Counted from the stretch's first letter, positions 10,327 to 20,047 are shown. The stretch is DNA of 64,000 nt from Planctomycetota bacterium (GCA_016235865.1 JACRIK010000021.1:97226-161225), one strand, 5' to 3'. The notes: generated from the sequence alone by a model not told the origin. Numbers and translations are program-made.

Positions 10327-10824
10327 ATGGAGGATAATGTTATGAATCCAGAAAATAGCGAAATTAAATCTTCCGATGGGAATAAAGGCGTGAGGCTTGA
10401 CATCAGGGAAATCCATAATATCCTACCGCATCGGTATCCTTTTCTCCTGGTGGATCGGGTTATAGAAATGGAAGGATACCAGCGTGCGGTCGGGATAAAG
10501 AACGTCACGATGAATGAACCGTATTTCCAGGGGCATTTTCCGGGTATGCCAATTATGCCCGGCGTTCTGCAGATTGAGGCGATGGCGCAGTTGACTGGTA
10601 TTATGCTTCTTTCCCGGGCCGGTAACGAAAAGAAAATAGCCATGTTTTTGTCGATTGACGAGGCTAAGTTCCGGCGATCGGTCATTCCGGGAGACCAGTT
10701 GCGCATAGAAGTCAATACCACCAAGGTCAAGTCCAGAATTGTTGAAGCCGAAGCCAAGATTACCGTGGAAGGAGAGGTGGCTTCAGAATCAAAGTTCAAG
10801 TTTATGCTGGTAGATAAGGAATAA
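10327..10824 (+). CDS. fabZ: 3-hydroxyacyl-ACP dehydratase FabZ
   Basis: 165 aa; 'HRYPFLLVDRV...GHFPGMPIMPGVLQIEAMAQ' hot-dog fold signature. Confidence 0.9.
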   Translation: MEDNVMNPENSEIKSSDGNKGVRLDIREIHNILPHRYPFLLVDRVIEMEGYQRAVGIKNVTMNEPYFQGHFPGMPIMPGVLQIEAMAQLTGIMLLSRAGNEKKIAMFLSIDEAKFRRSVIPGDQLRIEVNTTKVKSRIVEAEAKITVEGEVASESKFKFMLVDKE

Positions 10825-10826
10825 TT

Positions 10827-11642
10827 ATGACAAATATTCATCCGACGGCCATTATTGACAAGAGCGCGGAGATTGACCAGAGCGTTACCATCGGTCCATA
10901 TACGACTATCGGGCCTGATGTCAGAATCGGCGCGGGTAATATTATCGGCCCTTATTGCCATTTTGAATCGCATACCACTATCGGCCGGAATAATAAGTTC
11001 CTGGCCTATTGCAGTGTTGGCACCCCGCCCCAGGATGTCGGCTACAAGAATGAGCCGACCCGCCTGATTATCGGCGATAATAATACCTTCAAGGAATTTG
11101 TCACGCTCAACCGCGGTACTATGAAGGACAGGCAGGAGACGGTTATCGGCAACAATAATTATCTGATGGCATATGCCCATGTCGGACACGACAGCGTTTT
11201 AAGCAATAATATCATTATGGCCAACGCCGTTCAGGTGGGCGGACACGTTCACATAGAGGATTACGCGGCTTTAGGCGGGATGGTCGGGGTTCACCATCTG
11301 GTTACTGTTGGAGCCCATGCTTTTATCGGAGGAATTGCCCGGGTGATTCAGGATGTGCCTCCCTATATGATTGCCGAAGGCCATCCGGCCAAGGTGCGCG
11401 CCCTTAATGCCATCGGCCTGGAAAGAAGAGGGTTCCCGCCGGAGATTATCAGCGCTTTAGAAGCGGCGTACAAACTTATCTGGCGCGGTAAGATAACAAC
11501 CGCCGAGGCATTTCAGAAACTGCTTTCGCCTGAAAAGAATCCCTGCAAAGAGGTTCAGTATCTGATAAAATCACTGCAAAACACCCGGGACGGCAAACAC
11601 GGGCGCTATCGCGAATCGCTCCGCAAGGTGCCGGCCAGGTAG
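10827..11642 (+). CDS. lpxA: acyl-ACP--UDP-N-acetylglucosamine O-acyltransferase
   Basis: 271 aa; left-handed beta-helix hexapeptide repeats, LpxA family. Confidence 0.85.
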   Translation: MTNIHPTAIIDKSAEIDQSVTIGPYTTIGPDVRIGAGNIIGPYCHFESHTTIGRNNKFLAYCSVGTPPQDVGYKNEPTRLIIGDNNTFKEFVTLNRGTMKDRQETVIGNNNYLMAYAHVGHDSVLSNNIIMANAVQVGGHVHIEDYAALGGMVGVHHLVTVGAHAFIGGIARVIQDVPPYMIAEGHPAKVRALNAIGLERRGFPPEIISALEAAYKLIWRGKITTAEAFQKLLSPEKNPCKEVQYLIKSLQNTRDGKHGRYRESLRKVPAR

Positions 11643-11708
11643 TCAATAGTGAATTGTGGAATGCGAATTGTGAATTGACTAATCCGCAATCCGCAATTCG
11701 TATCCATT

Positions 11709-13805
11709 ATGTTCCAAAAAAGGATTACGGTCATTGTCGGATTTATCGCGATAACCTTTTTTATCATTGTCATTAGGTTATTCGCCTTGCAGGTTATCAA
11801 TAATTCTTATTATCGAACCCAGGCGCGTAAATATGCGACTCGGATTGAACTCATCGCCGACCCGCGCGGCAAGATTCTTGACCGTAACGGTAATACCCTG
11901 GTTAGCAACAAACTTGCCTTTGATCTTTTTATCACACCGGCAATATACCTAAAACCGAAGACGCCGGCCGGCAAGACCGCAGTCAGTCCCGCTAATAGCG
12001 ACAAAACCGCCGGCAAGAATGATTTGCCGTCTAAATCTGATGTTTCTAAGGCGGCTGATTACAATACGGATGACGATTTGGTTCAGTGGGAAGTGATCAG
12101 GAAGCTGACCGGGCTGCTAAATATTAAATCAGACTTGTTTATTTCAAAGATAAAAGCCATTCAGGAGAAAATCATTGCTCAGGCCCAGACCAGACCGGAG
12201 CGGGAACAAAAACGTTATATCAAGCAACAATACCGCAATAAATACCGGATTTTCTCGGGCCTGACGCTCAATCAAGCCATGCAGATAGAGTCGCACCCGG
12301 AGATTTTCAGGGGCTTCAGCGTTTCGGAAACCATCTCGCGTAATTATATCTATAACGATCTGGCCTGTCATGTTATCGGATATACCGGTCCGATCTGGAA
12401 AGAGGAATATGACCAGTTTGTGGAGAACGGCTATTTTGACGATATGCTCAACCAGGAGATAGACGAGAATACCTACCAGGCGTTGATTGATATGGGCGAA
12501 TTTAAGAATGTGTTCATCGGCCGGAGCGGTATCGAACGGATGCATAACCGCTTGCTGACCGGGCGATACGGTGTTCGGATGAGTGAATTCGATTTTGCCA
12601 CCAGGCAGAAGGACGAGTTGAGCCGGACCGAGTCCGTTCCGCCGACGGATATTATGCTGACCATTGACCTGAATCTGCAGAAGAAACTGGAAGCGGCGCT
12701 TAAAAATAAGTCAGCCGGCGCCGGAATCGTAATGGATATACATACCGGTGAGATCCTGGCCATGGCCAGCGCGCCGTCGTTTAATCTCAACCTGCTTCAG
12801 CCGCCGGTGGATAGTCAGGTAACCGAGTTTATCTCCAAGTCGCCCCTGAAACCATTGTATAACCGGGCCATTTCCGGCGAATACCCGCCCGGGTCGGTCT
12901 TTAAGATTATCACCGCCCTGGCCGCCTTGGAAGAAGGCAAGATTACGCCTTATACGCCCTTTTACTGCAACGGCCATTTTTCGCCTAAATACAAGAAATT
13001 CAAATGTTGGATTGCCGAGCATAACCGGGAGCATGGTTCTCTTTCTTTAGAAGAGGGTTTCAAGCATTCCTGCAATATTTTCTTCTTTAATGCGGGTAAT
13101 TTAGCCGGCGGTGAGGCGATTACCAGATGGGCGCGGAATATGGGGTTCGGTGAGCGCGCCGGCATAGATGTCTCGGGCGAGAAAAAAGGCCGGGTGCCTA
13201 AGTCGCCGGCTGATAAAGACCTGAAAACAGGTAGACCTAATTGGGCGCTGGCTGATACCCTCAATATGTCCATCGGCCAGGGTGACTTGATGGTTACGCC
13301 GCTCCAGATAGTCCGGATGGTGGCGGCCATTGCCAACGGCGGCACGCTGGTCAAGCCGCGGATTATCAAGACCGATATACCGAAAGAGCCGTTAGAATCA
13401 TTACATGAAAACGATTCAAAACTTTCTGTTTCATTCAAGCCCGGAGACAGCAAGCCGGCTGTGGTTCAAAAGAATGAGCCGCCTCAAAAGATAAATATCT
13501 CCGAAAGCACGCTGACGCATATCCGTAACGGGATGTATAAAGTGGTGCATTCCGAGGGCGGGACCGCCCACGGTAGCGGGGTGCGGAATTTCCCAGCCGC
13601 CGGCAAGACCGGCACGGCCGAGGTCTGGGGCAAGAAATCGCACGCCTGGTTTGCCGGATTCGCGCCTTTTGACAAACCGCAATTCGCCTTTGTGGTCGTG
13701 GTGGAATACGGCGGCAAGGGTTCTGAGGTCTCGGCGCCCATCGTGGCCTCATTCCTGCCCGAAGCCCTGGCCATATATCAGCCGGCCCAACCGCAGGGAA
13801 AATAA
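11709..13805 (+). CDS. mrdA: penicillin-binding protein 2-type peptidoglycan D,D-transpeptidase
   Basis: 698 aa; N-terminal TM, SxxK (SVFK), KTG motifs; PBP dimerisation + transpeptidase domains. Confidence 0.8.
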   Translation: MFQKRITVIVGFIAITFFIIVIRLFALQVINNSYYRTQARKYATRIELIADPRGKILDRNGNTLVSNKLAFDLFITPAIYLKPKTPAGKTAVSPANSDKTAGKNDLPSKSDVSKAADYNTDDDLVQWEVIRKLTGLLNIKSDLFISKIKAIQEKIIAQAQTRPEREQKRYIKQQYRNKYRIFSGLTLNQAMQIESHPEIFRGFSVSETISRNYIYNDLACHVIGYTGPIWKEEYDQFVENGYFDDMLNQEIDENTYQALIDMGEFKNVFIGRSGIERMHNRLLTGRYGVRMSEFDFATRQKDELSRTESVPPTDIMLTIDLNLQKKLEAALKNKSAGAGIVMDIHTGEILAMASAPSFNLNLLQPPVDSQVTEFISKSPLKPLYNRAISGEYPPGSVFKIITALAALEEGKITPYTPFYCNGHFSPKYKKFKCWIAEHNREHGSLSLEEGFKHSCNIFFFNAGNLAGGEAITRWARNMGFGERAGIDVSGEKKGRVPKSPADKDLKTGRPNWALADTLNMSIGQGDLMVTPLQIVRMVAAIANGGTLVKPRIIKTDIPKEPLESLHENDSKLSVSFKPGDSKPAVVQKNEPPQKINISESTLTHIRNGMYKVVHSEGGTAHGSGVRNFPAAGKTGTAEVWGKKSHAWFAGFAPFDKPQFAFVVVVEYGGKGSEVSAPIVASFLPEALAIYQPAQPQGK

Positions 13806-13824
13806 GATATAATCCATAAATTCC

Positions 13825-13913
13825 TTGACCCCGCACATAAATAGTGTTAGAAAACCACACTACAAATAATAACTAAATTAGTACTGTATGTACTGCTTAT
13901 GTGCGGGGTTGAC
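13825..13913. repeat. TTGACCCCGCACATAA...TTATGTGCGGGGTTGAC inverted-repeat element upstream of efp
   Basis: 16/17-bp arms separated by 56 bp. Confidence 0.8.
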
Positions 13914-13976
13914 TAATTACCTTTTACATAAAATGAGCTTGTAATCTCTAACGGGATGAATGAGAAGATTTAACCT

Positions 13977-14549
13977 ATGTCTACTATTAATGCGACCGAG
14001 ATAAAGAAGGGGATGATCATTAAGTTCAATAATGACCTTTACGAGGTGGCGGACTATGACCACGTCACGCCCGGCAACTGGCGGGCCATGATGCAGGTCA
14101 AGATGCGCAGTGTCAAGACCGGCTCCACCCTTGAATACCGTTTCCGTTCGGTGGACAAAGTAGAACAGTTATCCGTGGAAGTAAAGCCGGCAGATTATCT
14201 TTACCAAAAAGGGAATTTCTTCGTATTTATGAGCACTGAGAACTACGAAGAGATTTCCATTGCCCTGGATGTCATTAAGGAAAAAGCCAAGTATATGAAA
14301 GAGAACCAGTCCGTGATGCTGGTTTATTGCGACGGCGGGCTGATTGATGTCCAGTTGCCGGTAACGGTTGACCTGAAAATCACCGAGACTACGCCGCCTT
14401 TGAAGACCGCCACGATTACCAATGTTTCCAAACCCGCCACCCTGGAAACAGGACTGGTGGCTCAGGTACCGGCATTTATCGAGCAGGGGGAAACCATCCG
14501 CATTGATACGCGCGACGGGCGCTACGTGGAACGCGTTAAAGTGGAATAA
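13977..14549 (+). CDS. efp: elongation factor P
   Basis: 190 aa; canonical EF-P N-terminus and three beta-barrel domains. Confidence 0.9.
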   Translation: MSTINATEIKKGMIIKFNNDLYEVADYDHVTPGNWRAMMQVKMRSVKTGSTLEYRFRSVDKVEQLSVEVKPADYLYQKGNFFVFMSTENYEEISIALDVIKEKAKYMKENQSVMLVYCDGGLIDVQLPVTVDLKITETTPPLKTATITNVSKPATLETGLVAQVPAFIEQGETIRIDTRDGRYVERVKVE

Positions 14550-14567
14550 GGTCTCTGCACTTTCTGT

Positions 14568-15263
14568 ATGAAACCATTAACTGTCTTCAAATTGGGCCCT
14601 ACTGCCTATGATGAGGCGCTTTCTTTCCAGTTCGAACTGGTGGAAAGGGTTCGGGAGTCAAAAGGCAAGAATTCATTCCTGATGCTTCTGGAACACCAGC
14701 CGGTTATCACCAAGGGCAAGAATGCCAACGGCAATAATATCCTGGCCTCTCCTGAGGCGCTTAAGAGAAAAGGCATCTCGGTAAAACAGATTGACCGGGG
14801 CGGCGATGTGACATATCACGGCCCGGGACAGCTGGTCGGCTATCCGATAATACAATTAGCATACCACAAGAAAACGCTCCGGGAATATGTCCGCCTGCTC
14901 GAGCAGACCCTGATTAAAACCCTGGCTGGTTTCGGCATAGATGCCCAGACCAATGATAACAGCTCGGCCGGCGTCTGGGTCGGTGATTCCAAAATCGGAT
15001 TCATCGGCATGCGGGTTTCCAAAGGCGTCACTTATCATGGGTTTTCGTTTAATGTCAATAACACTCTCGATGCCTTTGAACTGATTAATCCCTGCGGTAT
15101 GAAAAACCCCCAGATTACCTCGTTGGCCAAACTGCTTAATAAACCGGTGTCAATCAGTGAGGTGACTGCCAAATATCTTGAGGCGTTCCGGGAATTATTT
15201 AATGTCGGGATAACCGAGGTCAAGACCCATCTATCGTATATACCCAAAGAAATACCGTCATAA
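14568..15263 (+). CDS. lipB: lipoyl(octanoyl) transferase
   Basis: 231 aa; 'RGGDVTYHGPGQLVGYPI' LipB motif. Confidence 0.85.
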   Translation: MKPLTVFKLGPTAYDEALSFQFELVERVRESKGKNSFLMLLEHQPVITKGKNANGNNILASPEALKRKGISVKQIDRGGDVTYHGPGQLVGYPIIQLAYHKKTLREYVRLLEQTLIKTLAGFGIDAQTNDNSSAGVWVGDSKIGFIGMRVSKGVTYHGFSFNVNNTLDAFELINPCGMKNPQITSLAKLLNKPVSISEVTAKYLEAFRELFNVGITEVKTHLSYIPKEIPS

Positions 15264-15267
15264 AATT

Positions 15268-16119
15268 ATGTTGCCGTCCTGGTTAAAACAGAATAAACCA
15301 TCGCTGGGCAAATCCATGGCAATTAATAATATCATCAAGAGTCATGGTCTTCATACGGTCTGCCAGAGCGCCAAATGCCCCAATATCTTCGAATGCTTTG
15401 CCAAAGGCACGGCTACCTTTATGATTCTGGGCGATGCCTGCACCAGGCACTGCCGGTTCTGCTCGGTCAAGAAACAAGCGCCTCTGCCGTTGGCTTCCAA
15501 TGAAGCGAAGGAAGTGGCGGATGCCTGTTGCAAGATGAAACTAAAACATGTCGTGATTACTTCGGTTACCCGCGATGATTTGCCGGACGGCGGGGCAGGC
15601 GTATTCTATGATACGATTATGGAAGTGCGTAAGACGTCTCCTGGAGTGGCTATTGAGGTCCTGACTCCGGATTTCCAGGGTAATCAAACAAGCATCCGCC
15701 AGGTTGTCTCAGCCCAACCCGATATATTTAATCACAATATCGAAACCGTGCCCCGGCTTTACTCCGAGATTAGACCCGAAGCGGATTATCAGCGCTCATT
15801 AAAACTGCTGGCCTATGTTAAGGAGTTAAACCCGGCCATGCGGACCAAGTCAGGCCTGATGTTGGGATTAGGAGAAAGAGAAGACGAGGTGCTGTCGGTG
15901 CTCAAAGACCTGAGGGTCGTGGATTGCGATATGGTTACCATCGGTCAATACCTGCGCCCGTCATTAAGCGCCGGAACCGTGGAGGTGGCCAGATTCGTCC
16001 CGCCCGAGGAATTCGAGGCATACCGCGCCAAGGCATCAGAGATGGGTTTTAAGGCCGTGGCCTCGGGTCCTTTTGTTCGCTCGTCATACATGGCTGCGGA
16101 GTTGTACGGAGTTCGCTAG
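15268..16119 (+). CDS. lipA: lipoyl synthase
   Basis: 283 aa; radical-SAM CxxxCxxC (CTRHCRFC) plus N-terminal auxiliary cluster cysteines. Confidence 0.9.
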   Translation: MLPSWLKQNKPSLGKSMAINNIIKSHGLHTVCQSAKCPNIFECFAKGTATFMILGDACTRHCRFCSVKKQAPLPLASNEAKEVADACCKMKLKHVVITSVTRDDLPDGGAGVFYDTIMEVRKTSPGVAIEVLTPDFQGNQTSIRQVVSAQPDIFNHNIETVPRLYSEIRPEADYQRSLKLLAYVKELNPAMRTKSGLMLGLGEREDEVLSVLKDLRVVDCDMVTIGQYLRPSLSAGTVEVARFVPPEEFEAYRAKASEMGFKAVASGPFVRSSYMAAELYGVR

Positions 16120-16138
16120 CGCGGTCACTGCGGTGTTC
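16096..16138. repeat. repeat family B module Y overlapping lipA stop codon
   Basis: gcggagttgtacggagttcgctagcgcggtcactgcggtgttcc. Confidence 0.85.
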
Positions 16139-16275
16139 CGATAATTTCGGGGAAGAATTAGGATTAACCCCTCGACTTCGCTCGGGATAAGACATTGTAA
16201 CGTTCTCCCGCCCCAAAGGGACGGCATAACTAACAATCTCTAAAGTTTAGCCGCTAAACAACCGAGAGTCATATA

Positions 16276-16452
16276 ATGGGTTTTTTCTTTTATCTTATCG
16301 GATTTCTTGCCATTGGAGTGTTTTTTGTTATGCTTTGGAAAACCAGGTCCCGGAAAGAGGCCATGAGGCAAGAAGACGAGTGGATGCAGAGTTTGCCTCC
16401 TGAAGAGTGGGGTAGTAGTGAACATGAAGAAGAAGACGAAGAAAAAGATAGC
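16276..16452 (+). CDS. possible small membrane protein (58 aa, below ORF-track cutoff)
   Basis: ATG at 16276, hydrophobic 'GFFFYLIGFLAIGVFFVMLW' followed by acidic tail; overlaps annotated topA start in another frame. Confidence 0.25.
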
Positions 16453-18988
16453 TAAGGCTTCTGGTGCAGGCGCTAAGGCCAAACCGGCCACCAAGATTAA
16501 GTTCAAGTCGCCAGTTGATGCCTCTGGCGCCCCTGAAGCAAAATCAGAACCGGTAGCTAAGGTCAAAAAAGCCAAGGTGGTGTTGCCGGCAACGAAAGGT
16601 AAGTCACTGGTGATTGTCGAATCGCCGGCCAAAATCAAAACCATCAGCAAGATTCTGGGCAGCGATTATGTCATCACCTCGTCTTACGGCCATATCCGTG
16701 ACCTGCCCAAGAGCAAGCTCGGCATAGATATCGAGGACAATTTCAAGCCCGGCTATATCATCATGCGCAAGCAGATAAAGAATGTCAACGCGCTGAAAAA
16801 GATGGCGGCCGCGTCCAATGGCGTGTATCTGGCCACTGATCCGGACCGGGAAGGCGAGGCCATTGCCTGGCACCTGTCCGAGATTCTGGGCATGCCGCCA
16901 GATAAGTTCTGGCGGGTGAGTTTTGACGAGATTACCGCGCCGGCCGTTAAGGAGGCGTTCAGCCATCCCCGTAAGATTTCCATAACCCTGGTCAATGCCC
17001 AGCAGACCCGGCGTTTCCTGGACCGGATTATGGGCTATAAATTATCACCGCTCCTCTGGGACAAGATAACCCGGGGCCTGTCAGCCGGCCGGGTCCAGTC
17101 CGTGGCGCTTCGGCTGGTGGTGGAACGGGAAAGGGCCATCCGGTCATTCAAGCCCCAGGAGCACTGGAAAATAACGGCTGACCTGTCCCACGCGATGCCG
17201 CATGGCTGTCGCGCCCATCAGGGCAAGGACATATTTAACGCGACACTTTACAAACTTAACGACTCCAATGTCGGCAGTCCGATGGACGGCAGCGCCAATA
17301 TCTGGATTGGCTCGGAAACCGAATCCAAGAAACTGGTCGAGCGCCTCGGGAAAAGCGATTTCAAGGTGCTGGGTATAACCGAACGCGAAAGCAACCAGTA
17401 TCCGGCGCCGCCGTTTATCACCAGCACGCTCCAGCAGACCGCGTCCATCAAGCTCAATTTCAGCCCGCGCAAGACCATGATGATTGCCCAGCAATTATAT
17501 GAAGGCGTGGAACTGCCGGAAGGCCCGGCCGGCCTGATTACCTATATGCGCACCGACTCGGTCCGGGTCAGCGAGGTGGCTATCAAGGAATGCCGGAGTT
17601 TTATCGCTAAGCACTTCGGAGAGGGGTTGCTTAATCCGGAAGCCCGGCATTACAAGCCCAGCAAACAGTCCCAGCAGGCGCACGAGGCCATCCGGCCGAC
17701 CTATCCGGCCAAGATGCCGGATGATATCGCCCAATACCTGACCAGAGACCAGTATAAACTCTACACCCTTATCTGGAAACGGTTCACGGCCACCCAGATG
17801 AAACCGGCGGCCTGGAAGAGCAAATCAGTGGAGATTGAATCGCAGTTGGCGCCAGCACTGGAACTGGAGGTCTTCTCCAATGACAAGCGGCACAAGCTCA
17901 TCGCCGAAAAGATACTCGCCTCAGTTGGGTCCGGCCAGAACGGGGCAGTGCTGGAAAAAATCATAACCATATTAAGCCGGAACAAGCAGGACGATGAGAC
18001 GGCCCGGAAAATCATTGAAGCCCTGGGGCAGAATGTGGAAGACAAGGCATTAACCGCCCGGATAATCGGCATCATGGATGAAACCGTGGACGGTGCTCTG
18101 ATACTTGAGAAGATGAACGTAGCCAGATGCCTTTGGAGCGCCAATGAACGCCGGCTGGTGGCTCCGGGATTTATGACCCTCTATAATCCCGAGGAGCAGT
18201 TATTGCCCGGCTTAAAAGAATCCGGCAAGCTGGACGTAGCGCAAATCATCCCGGCCCAGTCGTTTACCGAACCGCCGCCTTATTACAACGAGGCATCGCT
18301 GGTCAAGGTCCTGGAAAAATACGGCATCGGCCGCCCGTCCACCTACGCGCCGATTATTGCCACCATCCAGGACCGGGGCTATGTCATCAAGCGGGCCCGG
18401 CAGTTGACGCCGACTGATTTAGGCCTGCTGGTCAACGACAAACTCGTGCCGTTCTTTGAGGATATCATCAATACCCAGTTCACGGCCCGGATAGAAGAGG
18501 AACTGGATTTGATTGAGGAAGGCCAGAAGGAATTGGTCCCGACATTAAAGGAATTCTACGCGCCGTTTGCCAAGGACTTGGAAAAGGCCCAGGCCGAGAT
18601 GACCAGCGAAAAGGGCAAGGAGAGCGGCGGGAAATGCCCACTGTGCAATAGTCCGATTGTCGAACGCTGGTCCCGGTTCGGCAAATTCCTATCCTGTTCG
18701 GCATTCCCGGAATGCCGGCATACCGCATCGCTCAAGCCAAAGGCTGAGCCGGAAAAGACCGACCAGGTCTGCGAAAAATGCGGCAAGCCCATGGTCATCC
18801 GGTTCAACCGCCGGCGCAGAACCCGGTTCATCGCCTGCTCCGGATATCCGGACTGCAAAAACGCCAAGCCGTTCAAGAAACCCGGTGAAGAGGCAGAAGC
18901 GGCCCCGGAGCCGGCCCGGAAACAAAGCCCGTCGGTTGAAGAGACCGAAGCCAACGGCACTTCAGCAGAAGAGACAGCCGCTAACTAA
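16418..18988 (+). CDS. topA: DNA topoisomerase I
   Basis: 856 aa; TOPRIM 'VIVESPAKIKTI', C-terminal Zn ribbons; Lys-rich N-terminal extension (true start uncertain). Confidence 0.9.
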   Translation: MNMKKKTKKKIAKASGAGAKAKPATKIKFKSPVDASGAPEAKSEPVAKVKKAKVVLPATKGKSLVIVESPAKIKTISKILGSDYVITSSYGHIRDLPKSKLGIDIEDNFKPGYIIMRKQIKNVNALKKMAAASNGVYLATDPDREGEAIAWHLSEILGMPPDKFWRVSFDEITAPAVKEAFSHPRKISITLVNAQQTRRFLDRIMGYKLSPLLWDKITRGLSAGRVQSVALRLVVERERAIRSFKPQEHWKITADLSHAMPHGCRAHQGKDIFNATLYKLNDSNVGSPMDGSANIWIGSETESKKLVERLGKSDFKVLGITERESNQYPAPPFITSTLQQTASIKLNFSPRKTMMIAQQLYEGVELPEGPAGLITYMRTDSVRVSEVAIKECRSFIAKHFGEGLLNPEARHYKPSKQSQQAHEAIRPTYPAKMPDDIAQYLTRDQYKLYTLIWKRFTATQMKPAAWKSKSVEIESQLAPALELEVFSNDKRHKLIAEKILASVGSGQNGAVLEKIITILSRNKQDDETARKIIEALGQNVEDKALTARIIGIMDETVDGALILEKMNVARCLWSANERRLVAPGFMTLYNPEEQLLPGLKESGKLDVAQIIPAQSFTEPPPYYNEASLVKVLEKYGIGRPSTYAPIIATIQDRGYVIKRARQLTPTDLGLLVNDKLVPFFEDIINTQFTARIEEELDLIEEGQKELVPTLKEFYAPFAKDLEKAQAEMTSEKGKESGGKCPLCNSPIVERWSRFGKFLSCSAFPECRHTASLKPKAEPEKTDQVCEKCGKPMVIRFNRRRRTRFIACSGYPDCKNAKPFKKPGEEAEAAPEPARKQSPSVEETEANGTSAEETAAN

Positions 18989-18991
18989 CGA
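18878..18991. repeat. direct repeat L (topA 3' end), paired with 19949-20047
   Basis: 72-bp core identical but 2 mismatches to 19949-20020, both end in ctaactaacga. Confidence 0.85.
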
Positions 18992-19103
18992 CCTTACCCC
19001 TAAAGACATTCCGATTGACAATTCTTGCCCGGCAAAGGCCAAAATGGTAGGATGGAATAAATGGGTCTTCCGGGAATTCCACTGGTTTCGGAAGGAGTAA
19101 ATT

Positions 19104-19943
19104 ATGAATAATGAACTTGTGCCGGTTACAAAAATAGCCGTTTTTCGCGGCCGGAAAATACGCAAAACCATCCACAAAAACGAATGGTGGTTTTCTATAG
19201 AAGATGTAGTTCGGGTCCTTACAGATTCATTACAACCAGCCGGATATATTAAGGATATGCGGCGCCGGGACCCGGAGATAGCCAAAGGGTGGGGGCAAAT
19301 TGCCACCCCCCTTTTGATTCAAACAGCCGGCGGTCCGCAAAAGGTGAATTGCGCTAATACCGAAGGCATGTTCCGTATTATCCAGTCCATTCCCTCGCCC
19401 AAAGCCGAGCCGTTCAAACGCTGGCTGGCTAAGGTGGGCTACGAGCGGGTCCGGGAGATAGAAGACCCGGAACTCGGCACCAAACGCACCCGGGCATTGT
19501 ATAAAGCCAAGGGCTACAGCGATGACTGGATAGAAAAACGGATGCGCGGCATTGCCATCCGCGAGGAACTGACCGACGAATGGAAAAAGCACGGAGTTGA
19601 AAGGGACAAGGAATACGAGATTCTGACCGCGGAAATCTCCCAAGCGACATTCGGGCTTACCCCGAGCCAGTATAAGAAACTCAAAAACCTGAAGCGTCAA
19701 AACCTGCGCGACCATATGACCGACCTGGAACTGATTTTCTCTATGTTAGGCGAGGCGTCAACCACCCAGATTACCAAGGTGGAACATCCGGACGGATTTG
19801 TGGAAAACAAGAAAGTGGCCCGGCGGGGCGGCAATGTGTCCGGAATAGCCCGCAAGAAACTGGAGCAGGAAACCGGCGGCCGGGTGGTCAGTCCGCAAAA
19901 CTATCTGGCAAATCAGCAGAATAAACGGCTAAAAGATAAGTAA
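19104..19943 (+). CDS. DinD-like DNA-damage-inducible protein with Bro-N-like N-terminal domain
   Basis: 279 aa; N-term 'KIRKTIHKNEWWFSIEDVVRVL' Bro-N-like; C-terminal region resembles E. coli DinD. Confidence 0.6.
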   Translation: MNNELVPVTKIAVFRGRKIRKTIHKNEWWFSIEDVVRVLTDSLQPAGYIKDMRRRDPEIAKGWGQIATPLLIQTAGGPQKVNCANTEGMFRIIQSIPSPKAEPFKRWLAKVGYERVREIEDPELGTKRTRALYKAKGYSDDWIEKRMRGIAIREELTDEWKKHGVERDKEYEILTAEISQATFGLTPSQYKKLKNLKRQNLRDHMTDLELIFSMLGEASTTQITKVEHPDGFVENKKVARRGGNVSGIARKKLEQETGGRVVSPQNYLANQQNKRLKDK

Positions 19944-19948
19944 TGGCA

Positions 19949-20047
19949 AAACCCGGTGAAGAGGCAGAAGCGGCCCCGGAGCCGGCCCGGAAACAAAGCC
20001 CGTCAGTGGAAGAGACCGAAAGCAGCGACGAAGCTACTAACTAACGA
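19949..20047. repeat. direct repeat R (orphan copy of topA 3' tail)
   Basis: copy of aaacccggtgaagaggcagaagcggccccggagccggcccggaaacaaagcccgtc...gagaccgaa...ctaactaacga. Confidence 0.85.

Noticed and set aside
19104-19943. Prophage at the topA locus
   Set aside because: Only a single DinD/Bro-N-like gene is present. No integrase, capsid, terminase or other phage genes were recognised within 5 kb. Interpreted as a small insertion cassette.
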